Assembly (NCBI RefSeq): GCF_963921235.1
Contig: NC_086097.1
Location: forward strand, 99,016,001-99,080,000
Length of the DNA stretch: 64,000 nucleotides
Direction of reading: 5' to 3'
From: Mobula hypostoma
Lineage: Eukaryota
Both the position numbers and the translations under genes were made by a program. This document shows positions 1-13,397 of the stretch, piece by piece. The stretch's first letter is position 1; every line of letters begins with the position of its first letter. The notes beneath the pieces are model-generated. The model saw only the letters and a list, made by a program, of their open reading frames with translations. It was not told the DNA's origin and did not search any database.

Positions 1-260
1 GATCTCCTGGGATTTTCACTCACAACAGTCTCCAGAGTTTACAGAGAATGGTGTGAGAAAAGGAAACATCCACTGAGCAACTGTTCTGTGGGCAAGAATG
101 CCTTGTTAATGAGAAAGGTCAGAGAAAATGGCCGAAGTGGTTCAAGCTGACAGGAAGGTGACAGTAACTCAGATAATCACATGATACAATAGTGGAGTGA
201 AGAAGAACATCTCTAACTGCACAACATGTTGACCTAGACGTGAATGGAGTACAAAAGCAG
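1..260 (+). mobile_element. Tc1/mariner transposase fragment (N-terminal DNA-binding region)
   Basis: Frame 1 reads DLLGFSLTTVSRVYREWCEK, followed by the frameshifted RKMAEVVQADRKVTVTQI; resembles vertebrate Tc1-like transposases. Confidence 0.75.
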
Positions 261-299
261 GCACACACTCAGTGGTAGGAGGTACCCAGCAAAGTGGCC

Positions 300-890
300 T
301 CTGAGTGTTCGTACAAAGGAAGAAAAACAGAAAGCAGAACATTGTGTTACAGTTACAGAGAAGGTGCAGTGCAGGCAGACAAATAAAATCTGAGGGCCGT
401 GACAATGTAGATTGAGAGATTAAGAGATCACTTTTAGCATCAAAGAAGCAAATTCATGAGTATTTAAAAACAGGTTGGAAGCTGCACCTGACCCTGATGT
501 TACCTGTTCTCTAGGTTTTGTATTTTTTGTCCGATGGGAGGGAGTGGGGGTGGGGAGAGGAGAAAATGACTGGGATGGGCAGGATGCTTTCTTGAGACAG
601 TGAGGAATGTTGACAGAGCCAGTGGAGGGGAGGCTGGTTTGTGTGATGGACTGGGCTGTGTCCACAACCCTTTGCAATTTCTTGTGATCTCGGCCAGAGC
701 TGTTGCCATAACCAGCTGGGATGCATCGAGGTAGGATGCTTTCGATGGTGCATTTGTAAAAAGTTTGAGAGTCATTAAGGACATATCAAATTCTCTTAGA
801 CTTCTGAGGAAACGGAGGATCTGGTGTGCTTGCTTCCGTCGCATTCACATGGCTGGAGCAGGACAAGTTACATATCAGAACTTGAAGCTC
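300..890 (-). mobile_element. Rex1/Babar-type LINE 3' fragment, decayed
   Basis: LRFLRSLREFDMS and QRVVDTAQSITQTSLPS peptides, typical of the Rex1 RT C-terminus. Confidence 0.7.
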
Positions 891-949
891 TCAACCACCT
901 CCACTGACTCAAAGAGGGTGCTTACTCCAGCTTTTTAACCAGCTCTTTT

Positions 950-1700
950 GTTGGATCTAGTCACCAAGGTGACGCCAAAAGAGATTCGAAAGTAGATTGT
1001 GAAGAGGACATAAGGTGGCTAGAAAGGAATTTTGTATAGTTAGGGGAGTGGACAGAGGTCTGGGAAGCATAATTTGGAAACTGTAAATTTGTCCAATTCC
1101 ACAGGAAAGCTATAAAAAAACATTATTTAAATGATGAGAAATTGCTGACCTCTGCTATGCCCTGTGTACCCAGGGGAAAGGTTTGCAAAAAGCTAAGGTG
1201 CAGGTACCAAAAATAATTATGAGGCATCTTCAAAACAAAGTTTGGAGACTTAGGATTCAGTGACATAGATAAACTGGTGACATCGTATGTGGAGTATTGT
1301 GCTCCCAACTGGTCTACTTACATAAGGAAGGATATAAACACATTGGAAGCTGTCCTGAGGGTTACTGGTCTAATACTTGAAATGGGTGTGTTGCCAAATG
1401 AGGAAAGGTTACAGAGGCAAGCCTGATATCCTCTGGAATTTAGAGGACTGACAGAGACCTGATTGATGGGATAGATGTCAGGAGACTGCCTCCTCTGGTC
1501 GGAGAACTGAAGTGGAGGTGAGGTGCAATCTTTTCTCTGCGGGCCATCAGCCCTCACAACTCTCTTCTTCAAAGGGTGAAGGAAGTGATGTCTCTGACTA
1601 TTTCTAAGGCCATTGTAAATGAACAGTTGATAACCAAGGGGGTGAAGTGTTACAGGAAGTAGACAGGAATGTGGAACTAAGGTTACAATCAGAGCAGAAA
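950..1700 (+). mobile_element. CR1 3' fragment, decayed
   Basis: aaactggtgacatcgtatgtggagtattgtgc... aligns by eye with the 3' part of the CR1 at 55310-55790. Confidence 0.75.
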
Positions 1701-1904
1701 CCTTCCTTTCACCCCCATCCCAATGAGTGGTCTGGGACCCGAAATGCTTTCTGTTCCTCCTTCCCCAGGTGCTGTCCGATCTGCTGAGTGTTTCCTGTAT
1801 TCCTTATTTTTTTTTATCTCAGATCGCCAGCAACTGCAGCTTTTCTTTTGCTTTCTGATTGTAATTCCCATCACCTGTCCAAATACACAAGGCTGAAAAC
1901 CTAC

Positions 1905-1982
1905 CCCATAGTCTTCGTTGGCCAGGAACGCCTCCTTGCTGCTCAGCCAGGTCTCGCTCTGTTCCACGTAGCCATAGAATAC
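1905..1982 (-). CDS. SPTBN5: Spectrin beta V coding exon (VFYGYVEQSETWLSSKEAFLANEDYG), phase 0/0; gene continues beyond the window start
   Basis: ttgcag| acceptor and |gtaggt donor; 78 nt; WxxxxEAFLxxED motif. Confidence 0.92.
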
Positions 1983-2754
1983 CTGCAATGATCCAAGTTC
2001 TGTCTTATCACAGAGCATTCCAAGAGAACTTAGCTCATGTTTACGTCTTGTTATTCGTTGTCCACTCTAAGTTACACGGTTTGTTACTGTGTATTGTGTA
2101 GCTTCTGTCTCCGAGCAGAAGTAAAGGACCCATGTGATATGAGAGGTTACAGTATCGGTTATGTTTGCCAAATAATCCATCCCTGATCCTGCAACTTTGC
2201 TGCGCACACAACGTAGACTGGAAATAAAGTGTGCTCAGAACTGAATGTGAAGCTCGGCCCAGGCAGGCAGCAGCTCAGGTCGCCCCAGAAGCAGCCATTT
2301 TACGACGGCTGCTCACACAGTGTGAAGGAACTTCACTGCAGATACACGCGATGCCTGCACGGCCTCGGCCCCAAGTCAGAAGACTTCTGGAAGTTCACTT
2401 CAAGCCATCAGAGACAGAAAATTATTATTTGCAACATCATCAGCACCTAATCTACCACGTCTCCCCATTCCCCCTACACTGGGTCAGCAAATACCAATCC
2501 TGATCAAGGTTACAATTTATCATGGTTTCCAAAGCTTTACTTGTCATACGTGCAGTGTTAGATTCTCCTGTCTCCAGGGTAGCTGTCACGGGAATATTAT
2601 CTGGTCCAGCTGCATAGGTCAGGGTCTTTAGCCTTTATATAAAATGCAGAATGTTTATCTTTAATTTGCAGGAAGTTTTCTGCCGTTAGGTGAATCCCCT
2701 GAATATACTGGAGAAGGTGAATACAGTTGGCACGCTGCACTGCCTTGCCAGTAC

Positions 2755-2943
2755 CTGTAAATCAAATGCCTCTGCCAGCTTGTTGCTACGATCGCGCCAG
2801 GCCTCACTTAGAGTTGTCCAGGTTTCCTCCACCTTGGAAAGGGACTGCTTGATGTCCAGTGATGCATAGTGTCCTGCAGCTACTAGCTCAACAGCAACGT
2901 TCCTCACAGCATCAAAACGCTCTTCTCTAGCTTGGATCTCAGT
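2755..2943 (-). CDS. SPTBN5: Spectrin beta V coding exon (TEIQAREERF...GHYAS...AFDLQ), phase 0/0
   Basis: tttcag| acceptor and |gtactg donor; 189 nt; GHYAS motif. Confidence 0.92.
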
Positions 2944-4219
2944 CTGAAAGGTAGAAACAAAGGTGGTGACATTCACAAATGCACACAAGCACACACAAAG
3001 ACACACGACTGCACATGAACACACACCAACATTTCTTAAAGGTTATTTCCACCAGCAACACCACTATTTCCCATGAAGTAAAACAGATGGAAAGTGGGAA
3101 TGTGGGAATCTTCCGACTGTTGTAGACGATACATTTTAACTCTCCAATAATTCTACACTTTCGCCACTATTCCAGTCTTTTCCAATTGTTCTTCACAGCT
3201 CATCTCCATTACATTTGACAACACTCTTGTCCTTTTCTGTACGCTCTCCATAGGAACTGCGCTACAATACAGTACAAGCAATGTGCACTGTAGCATTGAG
3301 CCACAGAACAACCTGTGTAGATTCTCTCTTGAACTCCCACAGCCCTCCTTCCCTACGCCATCCATTGTAGCCACATGTGCCAATACGCTGTTTGCTTTAT
3401 TCCTTCTCCAGGCAGCCTTGAGTTTAAGCAATGTTCCTGTCAATCTCAGTGCTATTCTGTCTCTCTCTGCACCAGTTTTTCTCCTTCACTGTTGAATGAA
3501 ACAAACCCAGAAATGCAGGATATGTTTCTTCCTGCTTCAGCGCCCACAGTACCTTAGTATCTGTGTTTGAAGGAAGGCAAAGCACATTTTCAGCTGCATT
3601 GAAACAAGTCATGATCTGATAACTCACGTTGTTAAAGGAACTAACTCTGGGTGAATCGGGACAGTCCTGTGAGGCAGTCCCAGGATGGTGTCAGACCCCC
3701 AACAAGCACGCCATCATTACCAACATCATTTAGTCACCTCATTACAGCAAGAATGTGGAGACTTTGGAGAGGCTACAGAAAAACAGTTTGCCAGGATGTT
3801 GCCTGTATTGGAGGACGTGTGCTGTAAAGAAAGTTTGGACAATTTGTGTTATTTTCTGGAACGTTGGAGGCTGAAGAGATTTATAGAACTATGACAGGCA
3901 TGGACAGGGTAGATCAGAGATCTTTCCTAGGGTGGCTGTGTCAAAGAACGAGTGCAAAGCTTTAAGGTGAGATGGGGGGGAGGGGGGCGGTTTCTTTTGC
4001 ACAGGGAGTGGTAGGTGCTTCCTTGGGTGGTGATAGAAGCAGACATGTAGATAAGGACATGCACAGACAGAGAATGGAGGGACATAGCCCACGTATAGGC
4101 AGATAGATGTAGTTTAATTCAGTATTTATTATGTTCAGCTAAGAGCCCATTCCTTAGCTGTATTGTTTGGTTATGGTGCACTGAGATAGTCTGATCAGCT
4201 TCCTGGGCTGTGATCTTGC

Positions 4220-4382
4220 CTTTCTCTCTTGGTGCTCCTCTAGCATGCTCTCAGCTTCCTGTTTACTCTTTGGCAGTCTCCCTTCTCCCATCAGAGATTT
4301 CACCAACTGTGCCCAGTCCAGCAGCTCTCGGAGTGTTCTGTTGAACTTCTGAAGCTGGTATGAAGCTTCTAGTTTCTCCTTT
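4220..4382 (-). CDS. SPTBN5: Spectrin beta V coding exon ([R]KEKLEASYQLQKF...EEHQERK), phase 2/0, GC donor
   Basis: ttccag| acceptor; AAG|gcaaga donor; 163 nt; the join HQERK|TEIQARE restores the spectrin motif. Confidence 0.88.
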
Positions 4383-4474
4383 CTGGAAAAGAAAGAAATC
4401 AGCAGAAGCTTAACAGTGTGGAGAAAAATAACAAGAGGACACTGGTGGCAGATTAAATTGAATACAGTGATACA

Positions 4475-4875
4475 AGGGTGGTGGGGTGAAGGTAACTTCC
4501 CTACCAAAGGAGGTATAAGGTGTTCCTTCCCTTTGCTAGCCTGCAGGTCACCCTTGGTCAAGGTGTAGCCCCTGCTTAGCAGCCAGCTCTTCCCACAAAA
4601 TAAAATCAGGTCACGAGAACCTATGGGAGCAGGTGGTGGATGATCATATGAGCAGCTGGTGCATATCACAAGTCTTGGTGATGTGACCACTGACGCCAGG
4701 CAGACAATCTCTGAAGAGAAATGATAATGGCTGGGGTCACCCATCTTGTAAAGGCACTGCCCAGAAGAAGGCAATGGAAAACCGCTTCAGTAGAAAAATT
4801 TGCCAAGAACAATCATGATCATGGAAAGACCATGATCAGCCACGTCATATGACACAGCACATAATGAACGAACAA
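4475..4875 (+). mobile_element. Short interspersed repeat with an RTE-like 3' segment (copy 1 of 3)
   Basis: gctagcctgcaggtcacccttgg...cccagaagaaggcaatgg...gaccatgatc; related copies at 15155-15380 (+) and 16760-17135 (-). Confidence 0.75.
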
Positions 4876-5792
4876 AGTGATACAATTTCAAATAAAGAAT
4901 TTCATAGAATTCCAGAAACACTGAGCAGATCAGGCAGTGTCTGCAGAAAGTAGAGCTTTGAACATTTCAGATTGGCAATAATTCATCAGAATTGAGAAAA
5001 AGAGAGATGAAAATGTGTTTTCAGCAGAAGAGAATTGGGAGCTTTGACTATTTCTCTTTCAACAGATGCTGCCTGATCCATTGTGTTTCCCCAGCATTTT
5101 CTGTTTTTGTTTCAGATCTTCAGCATCTGCAGATTTTTTTAGAATGCTCATTTACATGAGAAACAAGATGGGTTGAAGGATGCTCAGGAAGAAAGACCTG
5201 AGTACAGATGTGGAAAGTGATAGGGCATTTTGTGAGCACGTGGGATGATACAGGCACAGAGTAACAGTAACGAAGCTACATTGGCTCAGACACAGTACAA
5301 ATACACCAGCTGGGGACAGAATGGAAAGGGCATAGGGAGAGGAAAGAAAAAAAATTGATCAGCATGGTTCCAGAAATGAAATTGTTTGGCTGATGATGTA
5401 AGGTAGGAGAAAAAGGGTTCATTCTCCTTGGGAAGAGATTTAGTAAAAGTAGAGAAAATCATGTCTAGAGAGACAGAAGCATCTCCAGGTACTGCAAACA
5501 GGAACAACACACAATCTGCTGGAAGGAATCAGCAGGTCGAGAAGCATCGAGCAAGGGAAGTAGTTGTCGCCATTTTGAGAGAGAATAGATGTGATTGGCC
5601 ATCATAGCGAGGAGAGGAAAGCAAAAAGCAACAAGCTGATTGGTGGACTGAGGAGGGGTGTAGCATGATGTGGCTGCCATGTTCCTGATATTGTTTTCAA
5701 GAATCATTTGCCAGTTTTCAGCTCCTACAGGCATGAAAAGACAGAAAATGATTGCCCTCTCTGTGTATCTGTACTTTGGGGTAGGTACTCAC

Positions 5793-5914
5793 CGCTGCTT
5801 GGCTTTCTCCTTTAGCTGAAACCAGCTGTCCTGCATCTCAGCATTCTTCAGGCTGAGCTTGTCTGATAGTGGAAAGTGACACTCGCACAGATGCCGAGCA
5901 TCAGCTTCCAGTGC
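5793..5914 (-). CDS. SPTBN5: Spectrin beta V coding exon (ALEADARHLC...KEKAKQ[R]), phase 0/2
   Basis: aactag| acceptor and |gtgagt donor; 122 nt; helix C tryptophan (DSWFQL). Confidence 0.9.
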
Positions 5915-7124
5915 CTAGTTCAGATACACAAACAAGCAAGTTAATGGCTGTACAGTTCTAGTCGGATCTCAGCTCCAGAGGAAGTGGGGTATGCAGACAC
6001 AGGGTTATCATCCTCAGCATGAGGTAGTGTACAGGACACGGGCCCAGTGCTGTACCCCCTGCCCCTCCCCACTCGAACGCAACAGGAGTCAGTGTACACA
6101 GCACTGTACACGGGCCCATGACTGCAATCCCACCCTTGCACAGTACGAGGTTATTTCATACTTGGCCTTTTGGTGCCTTAGCTGTTCCCACACTAGTTAT
6201 ACAGGCAGTATTGATTAAAGAGGGAAGGGTAGAGGAAAATGAAAGAAATTCCTTTCCCAGCCTTGACCTCATCAATTGACAACAAAATGCTAGATCATGT
6301 GGGCAGGAGTCTGAGGGGAGTTCTGCTGCCCCTCAGTTAATGATAATTGTTCACACTGGATCTCAAGACCATGGTTGGAATCCAGTGTCAAAGGAGGAAA
6401 TGAGAAACTGCAATATTGGCAGGGAATTGTACTGGCAGCACACACTAAACTGAGCCTTCTCAGCAAATATTTGTGTCGCCACTGACTGAGGCTTTTTACC
6501 AGAAACATAATCAGGCCACGATTCACTGGTAACTCTCTTGGCCAGTGGTTTGTGGTTTCAGGTCCCACTGGGGGATAAATCTACGTAAATATATTTGTGG
6601 GCCGAGAGAGTAGGTAGTGTATTTTGCTGGTACTTCCTTTTGAGTAAGACATTAAATAGAGACTGTCTGCTCTCTCAGGTTAAGGGACACTATGACACAT
6701 TATGTTCAGGCCAATATCTAACACCTCATACCAATGACCCTGTACTTATCACACTGCTAATTGCGGGACCTTGTGGTACAGAAGTGTCTTCTGTAGACCA
6801 CATTCCCTGCATTTCAATAGTACGTAATTAGATAAGGAGTGGTTTGGAATACACAGATGTGTTCTTCATTTGTAGATTTTGGTGGTTAATATATATCAGG
6901 TAAGGTTAATATTCAAGTCTGCTGTGATGATCCCCTCTGCTGACATTCACTTTCAAGTCAAACTTGCAGAATACTCAGATGGACAATTTGCTGGCCATTG
7001 TGGAACCACTTCTCAGATATGGGGGAGAGAGAAGTACTGGGTAAAAAAAGGGGGGCATTTTTCTTTGGAACCAAGGCCCCAAGGCTATCTTCACTCCATC
7101 TTTGACTCAGCAGTCAGAATTTAC

Positions 7125-7238
7125 CTCTGTCTTGTCCCAGATAACTTTGATTTCGAGTTCAGTTTCTTTATGTCTCCTTATCAGCTTTTCCACACTTTCC
7201 ACATCCCGGCCATAGTCAAGTCCTTGCATCATCAAACT
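7125..7238 (-). CDS. SPTBN5: Spectrin beta V coding exon (SLMMQGLDYGRDVESVEKLIRRH...WDKTE), phase 0/0
   Basis: tgacag| acceptor and |gtaaat donor; 114 nt; DYGRDxxSVxxLxRRH spectrin signature. Confidence 0.92.
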
Positions 7239-7349
7239 CTGTCAAAAGAAATGGACAATTTCAGCTGGTGTTGTGATACTTGCCATGGGGGCCAATGAAA
7301 GGACCTAAACCAGAGTATGTTGACAAGACGGATTTATTTTGAGATTTGG

Positions 7350-7580
7350 CGATAGCATGGTAGCATAGCAGTTACCATAATGATCTTACATGCCAGCGAG
7401 TAATTGCTGCGTGTCAGGAGATTGTACATTCTCCCCGTGACCGTGTGGATTTCCTCTGGGTGCTCTGGTTTCCTCCCACAGTCCAGAGATGTACAGGTCA
7501 GTAGGTTAATTGGTCACATGGGTGTGATTGGGGGGCAGGAAGGACCTGGTACTGAGCTGTATCTCTACAGCTAAACCTAT
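7350..7580 (+). mobile_element. V-SINE-like element; related copies at ~32030-32320 (+), ~57890-58060 (-), ~11240-11400 (-)
   Basis: Core ttctccccgtgaccgtgtggatttcctctgggtgctctggtttcctcccacagtcca. Confidence 0.7.
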
Positions 7581-8557
7581 TATAGTACAGTAACAAGCCC
7601 TTCTGGCCCAAGGAGCCAGCGTCACCCATGTGATCAAACCAATCTGTGCACATTGGGAGTGTGGGAGCTAACCCTCCCGGCCACGGGGAGAACATACAGT
7701 GGTGGGAACTGTACCCCATTTGCTGGTGCTGTAGTAGCCTTACATTAAGCTCCACATGACTGTACCACCCTAGAATAACAAAACCAGAGGACATTTTACT
7801 GTAACAACAGGGGAAGGGAAACCACCTCTTCCATTTTCCTTGCTCTGGTGGAACAGTAAGCCCTAGGAGCCTTGCTACACAACATGGTGTGAAGTAGAAC
7901 TCAGAAACTAGCACCATCCTCGTCAATGGATGTGGGGGATCTTCTGTGTTCTTTGCAACTGCGGGTCCATGTCCCACATGCAAGAGGTAACTAGATAATT
8001 TTTGGTCTTGCCTCACACGACGTCTTTATACACGTAATGAAATGCTCTCGACATGCGTGGATGAGTTTGGTTTTAACAACACTTAAGAAGAGACTGTTTG
8101 ACAGGCACCCCATTCACTGACACGCAGTAGCAGTTTTTACCAGCTACAGGAAACATTGCAACAACGCAGCAAGGCTCCTTCCACAGCCATGACCTCTACC
8201 AGCTTGAAGGAAAATGGTAGCAAAGACATGGGAACACTGAGACCTGGAAATTGCCCTTGAAGCCATACACCTCTCTGACTTGGAGATGTATTACTGTTCC
8301 TTCATTGGGTCAAAATCCTGGAAGTGACTCCCCAGCAGTGTTGTGGACTTACCCACACCTCAAGGACTGAAGCAATTCAAGAAGGCAGCTCACAGCCATT
8401 TTTTCAAGACCAACTTGAGATGGGCAATTAAAAGCTGGCTCAGGCTGCCAAGCTCACCTTCCTTGAATGAATATAAAACAAATGTGGTTATAGTCTGTGG
8501 GTGGGTGCTGCTCCCAGCTGACAGAGATCGGGCACGATCCAGTCACACGGTTCTCAC

Positions 8558-8672
8558 CTTCTCATCCATTCTTTCTTTAATTTCATCCATTTCTCTGATT
8601 AAGGCATGAACCTCCAAAGCAGCAGCCAGTTGTTTCTTATACTTGTTCAAATTCCCCTGGAACTTGTTCCAC
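8558..8672 (-). CDS. SPTBN5: Spectrin beta V coding exon ([R]WNKFQGNL...ERMDEK), phase 2/0
   Basis: tttcag| acceptor and |gtgaga donor; 115 nt. Confidence 0.92.
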
Positions 8673-10241
8673 CTGAAAGGAATCAGTAGGTAAGACAAGC
8701 TGGAACCGGCAAGCGAGAATGGAGAGTGAGACAATAGATCTCTTCCTCACTTTGCCTTCATGGGGTAGAGAACAACAGGCATGACTGAAGGAGAATGGGG
8801 CAGGGAATGTGGGGACAGGGGAAGTAGAAAAGGAAGGCAGGGCAGAGACATTGTGGGTTGCAGGGAGGGAGGGGATTGTGGCAAAGAGAGGGATGAGGGA
8901 GAGGAAGTGACAAGAGGGTGAAGGAGGGAGTGGGATGGGGGACAGAGGGAGAGGGAGAGCATGGTGATGAGGCATGAAGAGGTTGGGGAGATTCCACAAT
9001 AGGGTTCGTCACAGGGAAAAAATAGAATCTAAGTGGAAGTTGTACTGTGAATCTAGAAGGTGGATTTTTGTAATTTCCCTTTCCCTTCTTGAAAGTGAAC
9101 AGAATTAATTACTTGGATTTGCCTTTGCATCTCTAACACTGTGTAACAATACAAGGATGTTGGTCATCTTGCCTTTCAGTCTGCTCTGCCGTTCAAAAGA
9201 TCGTGGCTGATGTCAGCCCGTTTCTTGGCTGATTTCCCAAAGGCTGTTCTCCTGTATTCCACACATCTATTGATCTCAACCTTGAACATTCTTAATGACC
9301 CCACATCCAGTGTTCTCTGGGGAGGAGAATTCCAGACATTCACCGGCCTTTATAAAAACCTGATTCCATGGCTCTGTTTCAGATTTTCCTACCAGTGAAA
9401 ACATCCTCTCTGTATCTACCTTGATAAAGCTCTTAGTCGCTACAAGATCACGTCTAATTCTAAACTGCAGGCAGCTTAGACCTTAATTGCTCACTGCTCC
9501 CTCAAAATAATCCAGCTTGGTGAATCTCTGCACTGCCAGCTGTGGGTAGCTGGGGTGCATTTGAAGCCCTCTGCCCCTGCTCAGGAAGTGTTAACAATGT
9601 GAACTATGATCATATGGTCTCTGGCTCCTGTTTGAATACACTTGCCTGCCTTTGGCAGAGAGAAACTCTGCACTTCTAATAAATCACTGGGCACTAGGAG
9701 AGGTGGCATCTGCTCGGCTGATGGCCCAGTCTGCTCTCTGGAGTTCATCTGAAAACAGTTGACAGTTCCATAAAAATACTCTGATTATGGACTGTGCAGA
9801 CATCTCCTGGAATTAAGCAAGGAAAAAGAGAGCACTTGAGGCCAAGATCAGATGAGCCAATAATGTTATTGAATGACAGGACTAAATGCCTGTTTCTACT
9901 CTCCATCCTCCGTTTATACTCTAGGGTTAGAAAAATCAGAGTTTCTGAACTGGGATGTTTCAGCACGGTCATATATGACCACGGGGAGAGTCACACCTAG
10001 TCATCACCCAACAACCACATGCGATTGCTTTCTGGAGCTGGTTACTGGATTGCAATTAGGAACAGAGCTCCTCTCTAATTCCCTTCCACTACATCCCCAC
10101 CCTAATTAAGGTCAACCAAAGTTGCTTAATAGCTATCTCAGCACAGACAAGGTAAGGTAGGATCCTAATGGGTATGTGGTAAGCTTTTCTGCAGACTCTG
10201 ACAGCTTGTTTGCAAACAAAATGTGAGGGAGGCAGAGCAAC

Positions 10242-10360
10242 CTTTCATTCAACTGTTGTTTGCGTCGGAGAACCGTTGGGACATCATCTTTATTCTGCCT
10301 CTCCAGGTGGGTGGCCAGGCTGTTGATGGTCCGGATGTGAGCATCGTCCACTGTCACGTC
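10242..10360 (-). CDS. SPTBN5: Spectrin beta V coding exon (DVTVDDAHIR...QQLNE[R]), phase 0/2
   Basis: ccacag| acceptor and |gttgct donor; 119 nt; phase matches the next exon. Confidence 0.88.
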
Positions 10361-11482
10361 CTGTGGGAGATCACAGACTTGGGTCAATACCGGAATAGCA
10401 AGTGATCCATCCCCTGACATGGGTCATTTGTAAAGAAATGTCATTGATGCTGAGCTCCTGGATATTTCCCCTATTCTTATTTTTCAGAAGATGAACAAGG
10501 TATTTTGTAATACTGCTCCCCTCCCCCCCCCAGTTAGATGGCAACTGCTTAAGTTTCACACAAGGAGGGACAGCAACAGTATACTTCCAATGACTGACAT
10601 GGTCATTGACAGGGTCTCAATGAGCAGACTCTACTAAGCTGATCACTGCCCTCAATTTCCCAATCCCAGAGGATACCACTGAGATATCTGGTTAAACAAA
10701 TCACGGGACTTGAACTTCACCGAACCCTGATCGCTCCAGTCATCACTGTACTTGCACCCCACATATTCAGCTAACTGTTCAGAAGTAAACAGTGACTGGA
10801 GAACACATGCTGTAGGTCAGCTTCTCTCAAGAATGCATCACTCATTGGTACCTGGTTCACAACAGCTGAAAGAGAGGAACAAGGTGGAGTTTGGTGGGGC
10901 ATCATAGTGAGAGTTAGAGATGTATCCAGCTCTCTTCCTGATCTATGTTTGTTGCTGCTTGCTGGGTGCAGCAGGTAGGAAAACCACTGAACATTGGCGT
11001 GCGTTACCCTGTTGACCCACGTTTCTGAATGGAATACTTGACACAGGAAGAGACTATACTGGTTCTCAACTGAGCAACGCTCTCCTCTTTCTTTCCAGAT
11101 GAAGCTTCTTGGGCCGAAGCATCACATGTCCATTTCCTTCCATAGATGCTGCCTGACCTGCGGAAATCCTCCAGTGCTTTTTGTGTGAATTCCATTCGAT
11201 CCCATTTCCCAAAGCCCCACAACTCCTCCCTCACATGCCCACTGTCTTCCTTTCAATCCTTTCTTTTCACTTATCCTGTGTGATAATATACAACAGCTAA
11301 TTAACCTGTCTGGTGTGGAAGGAAACCCATGAGACTGTGTGATCTCCACATGGGTCAACTCCAGGTCTCTGTGAGTCTGCCAACTGGTGCACCGTTGAGC
11401 TGCCCTTACCAGCTGATAAGGTTTAGTAAACAGAGGAGTGGCCACACTTGCTATGAAACGATGCACTGAAGCCTGCACCTAC

Positions 11483-11572
11483 CCCTCTTCCATGGAACTT
11501 GTTGAGCTTCTTCTGTAACTGTGAGCAGTGTTCATAGTCTTTGCCAACATCACCCACATTGATCATCACCTC
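11483..11572 (-). CDS. SPTBN5: Spectrin beta V coding exon (EVMINVGDVGKDYEHCSQLQKKLNKFHGRG), phase 0/0
   Basis: aacag| acceptor and |gtaggt donor; 90 nt; the GxDxEHC motif is as I recall it in beta-V/beta-H spectrins. Confidence 0.92.
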
Positions 11573-12344
11573 CTGTTAGCAGACAAAAAGAAACACAGTG
11601 CAATGATAAGTGTAAGAAATTCAGTTCTGATGAAGTAACATTGACTTGCAACACATCACTGCATCTTCCTGCACAAATAGTGCCTGACTTAATGAGTATT
11701 TCCAGCTTTTTCTGCTTTTATTATAGTAGATTAAGTTGTCATTCAGTGAATAAAATGCATTTTCTATCACAACTGAGTCAGAAGTGGGATGGTCACAGTA
11801 TGGACAGTCCCAATTAGCTCTTCCTGAAAGCTGAGAGGATAAGTGGTCCACCCAGGGTGTTAATTCTACAGCCAAAGGCTCACAAGTATATGAAAAGCAA
11901 CCTGCCTTTAGCTCTTTCCCTTTTCCTCACCGCAACGTTGCATTTTAGTTACTGTCACAGGTTCTGCTACCATTCCCAGGACAAATACTTTTCTTTTCCG
12001 ACCAATTTTCTGCATATAGAGCCCAAAATACAAGCAATCAAATACAGTATTTAAAACATTTTGATGAGAACCAAGAGGCAAGTGTGTAGCAATCTACTTA
12101 AAGCCCCAGTAACACTGAATGCTTGTACAATAGTGGGACATTTTGCCCAGAGCTCGGGTTAGCCAGTCACAACCATTCCAGTTAAGTATATCTAACCTAG
12201 AGGCTAAGCTTGTGATTCCCAAGAACTTGAGTGTGCTATGAGGATTGTGCTTCTGTGAATCCTTGTCTCCACCCAAGAATTGCTATGGATCCCCACCAGG
12301 AAGCTGAAGAACTAAAAGTTACAAGGAATTCCCACCACCCTTAC

Positions 12345-12536
12345 CTTATCTCTGATCCATGCTTCAACTTGATCGACTTTTTGCAGGAATTCCAGGAAAT
12401 CCCGGTGTTCTTCCAACATTTTACCACGCACTGCCACTGCCACCTTCAGTTGCTCCCAGCGCTCCAGCAGCTGCCTCATACTACGGCGGATTTCACTGGA
12501 TTTAGGATGATGTCCAGATAGTAGCAACTCGCCCAT
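12345..12536 (-). CDS. SPTBN5: Spectrin beta V coding exon (MGELLLSGHHP...VEAWIRDK), phase 0/0
   Basis: ttaaag| acceptor (AAG, weaker) and |gtaagg donor; 192 nt. Confidence 0.9.
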
Positions 12537-13117
12537 CTTTAAGGTCGCAAAATACAAGGAGCATAGTTAGGGGAACACCCTCAAAGCTAGGTAAATATAT
12601 AACACTGATAGACACCATAAGAAGAACCACAGATACAGGGAGCACTGATTCACAACTGTAATCTCAGGACTGGGAACTAGAACACACAATCTTCTGACTC
12701 AGGGGTGAGGGGGCTACCCAATAGGCCATTGATAATAGATGGGAAGGTCTCTGTGGTAGAAGCCAAACATAGGAATTTTACAGAGGGATTTACAACAAGA
12801 CGTAGGGATTCTATTGCATCTCTATAAACAGAGAAACATTGTGGACTGTACAGGTGGAGAAGATGTAAGGATTTTCCTTACTCTATATTGGGCTGCTTAT
12901 CCGTGTCAGAAACAAGGCTGATCTGCTACTCTATGGAAACAGCTGCAATTGTAACCTTGGGCTGGGTACAAGGTCTAGGCATGAACAACACTAACTGAAC
13001 TAGAAGTGTTCATCAAGGTAGAGGGTGTCACATAAGCGATGCCAGAGAGGAGCAGCAGGGACCTTGCCATGGAAAGGTAACTAGGTTCTCACATGGACGA
13101 TGGAAGAAAATCCTGAC

Positions 13118-13270
13118 CTCTGTAACACTTGTAATAATGGCCTGGTGGGCCATGATTTCAGCCTCAAAGGTTTGGTGTTTCTGCAACAGCTTCAGTTTTC
13201 CCTGCAGGTCACTGATGTCTGTAGAGGTGTCCTTTAACTTCTGCATCCTTTCTGTGATCCAGTCTTCTTC
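13118..13270 (-). CDS. SPTBN5: Spectrin beta V coding exon (EEDWITERMQ...KHQTFEAEIMAHQAIITSVTE), phase 0/0
   Basis: ttttag| acceptor and |gtcagg donor; 153 nt; KHQxFEAE spectrin signature. Confidence 0.92.
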
Positions 13271-13397
13271 CTAAAAAAACAAATGGCAGCAGGCTGAAGT
13301 GGTAGGCCAGAGCAAGGGGTGTATCTTGACACAATTGTGGTCATTCTCTGGACTATCATTATGCACTCCTCCATTCCCTTGCTCTCTCCTGTTTAGT

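Noticed and set aside
4154..4774. 206-aa ORF as a stand-alone gene
   Set aside because: Only 4220-4382 is spectrin-like; the rest is intron and an interspersed repeat.
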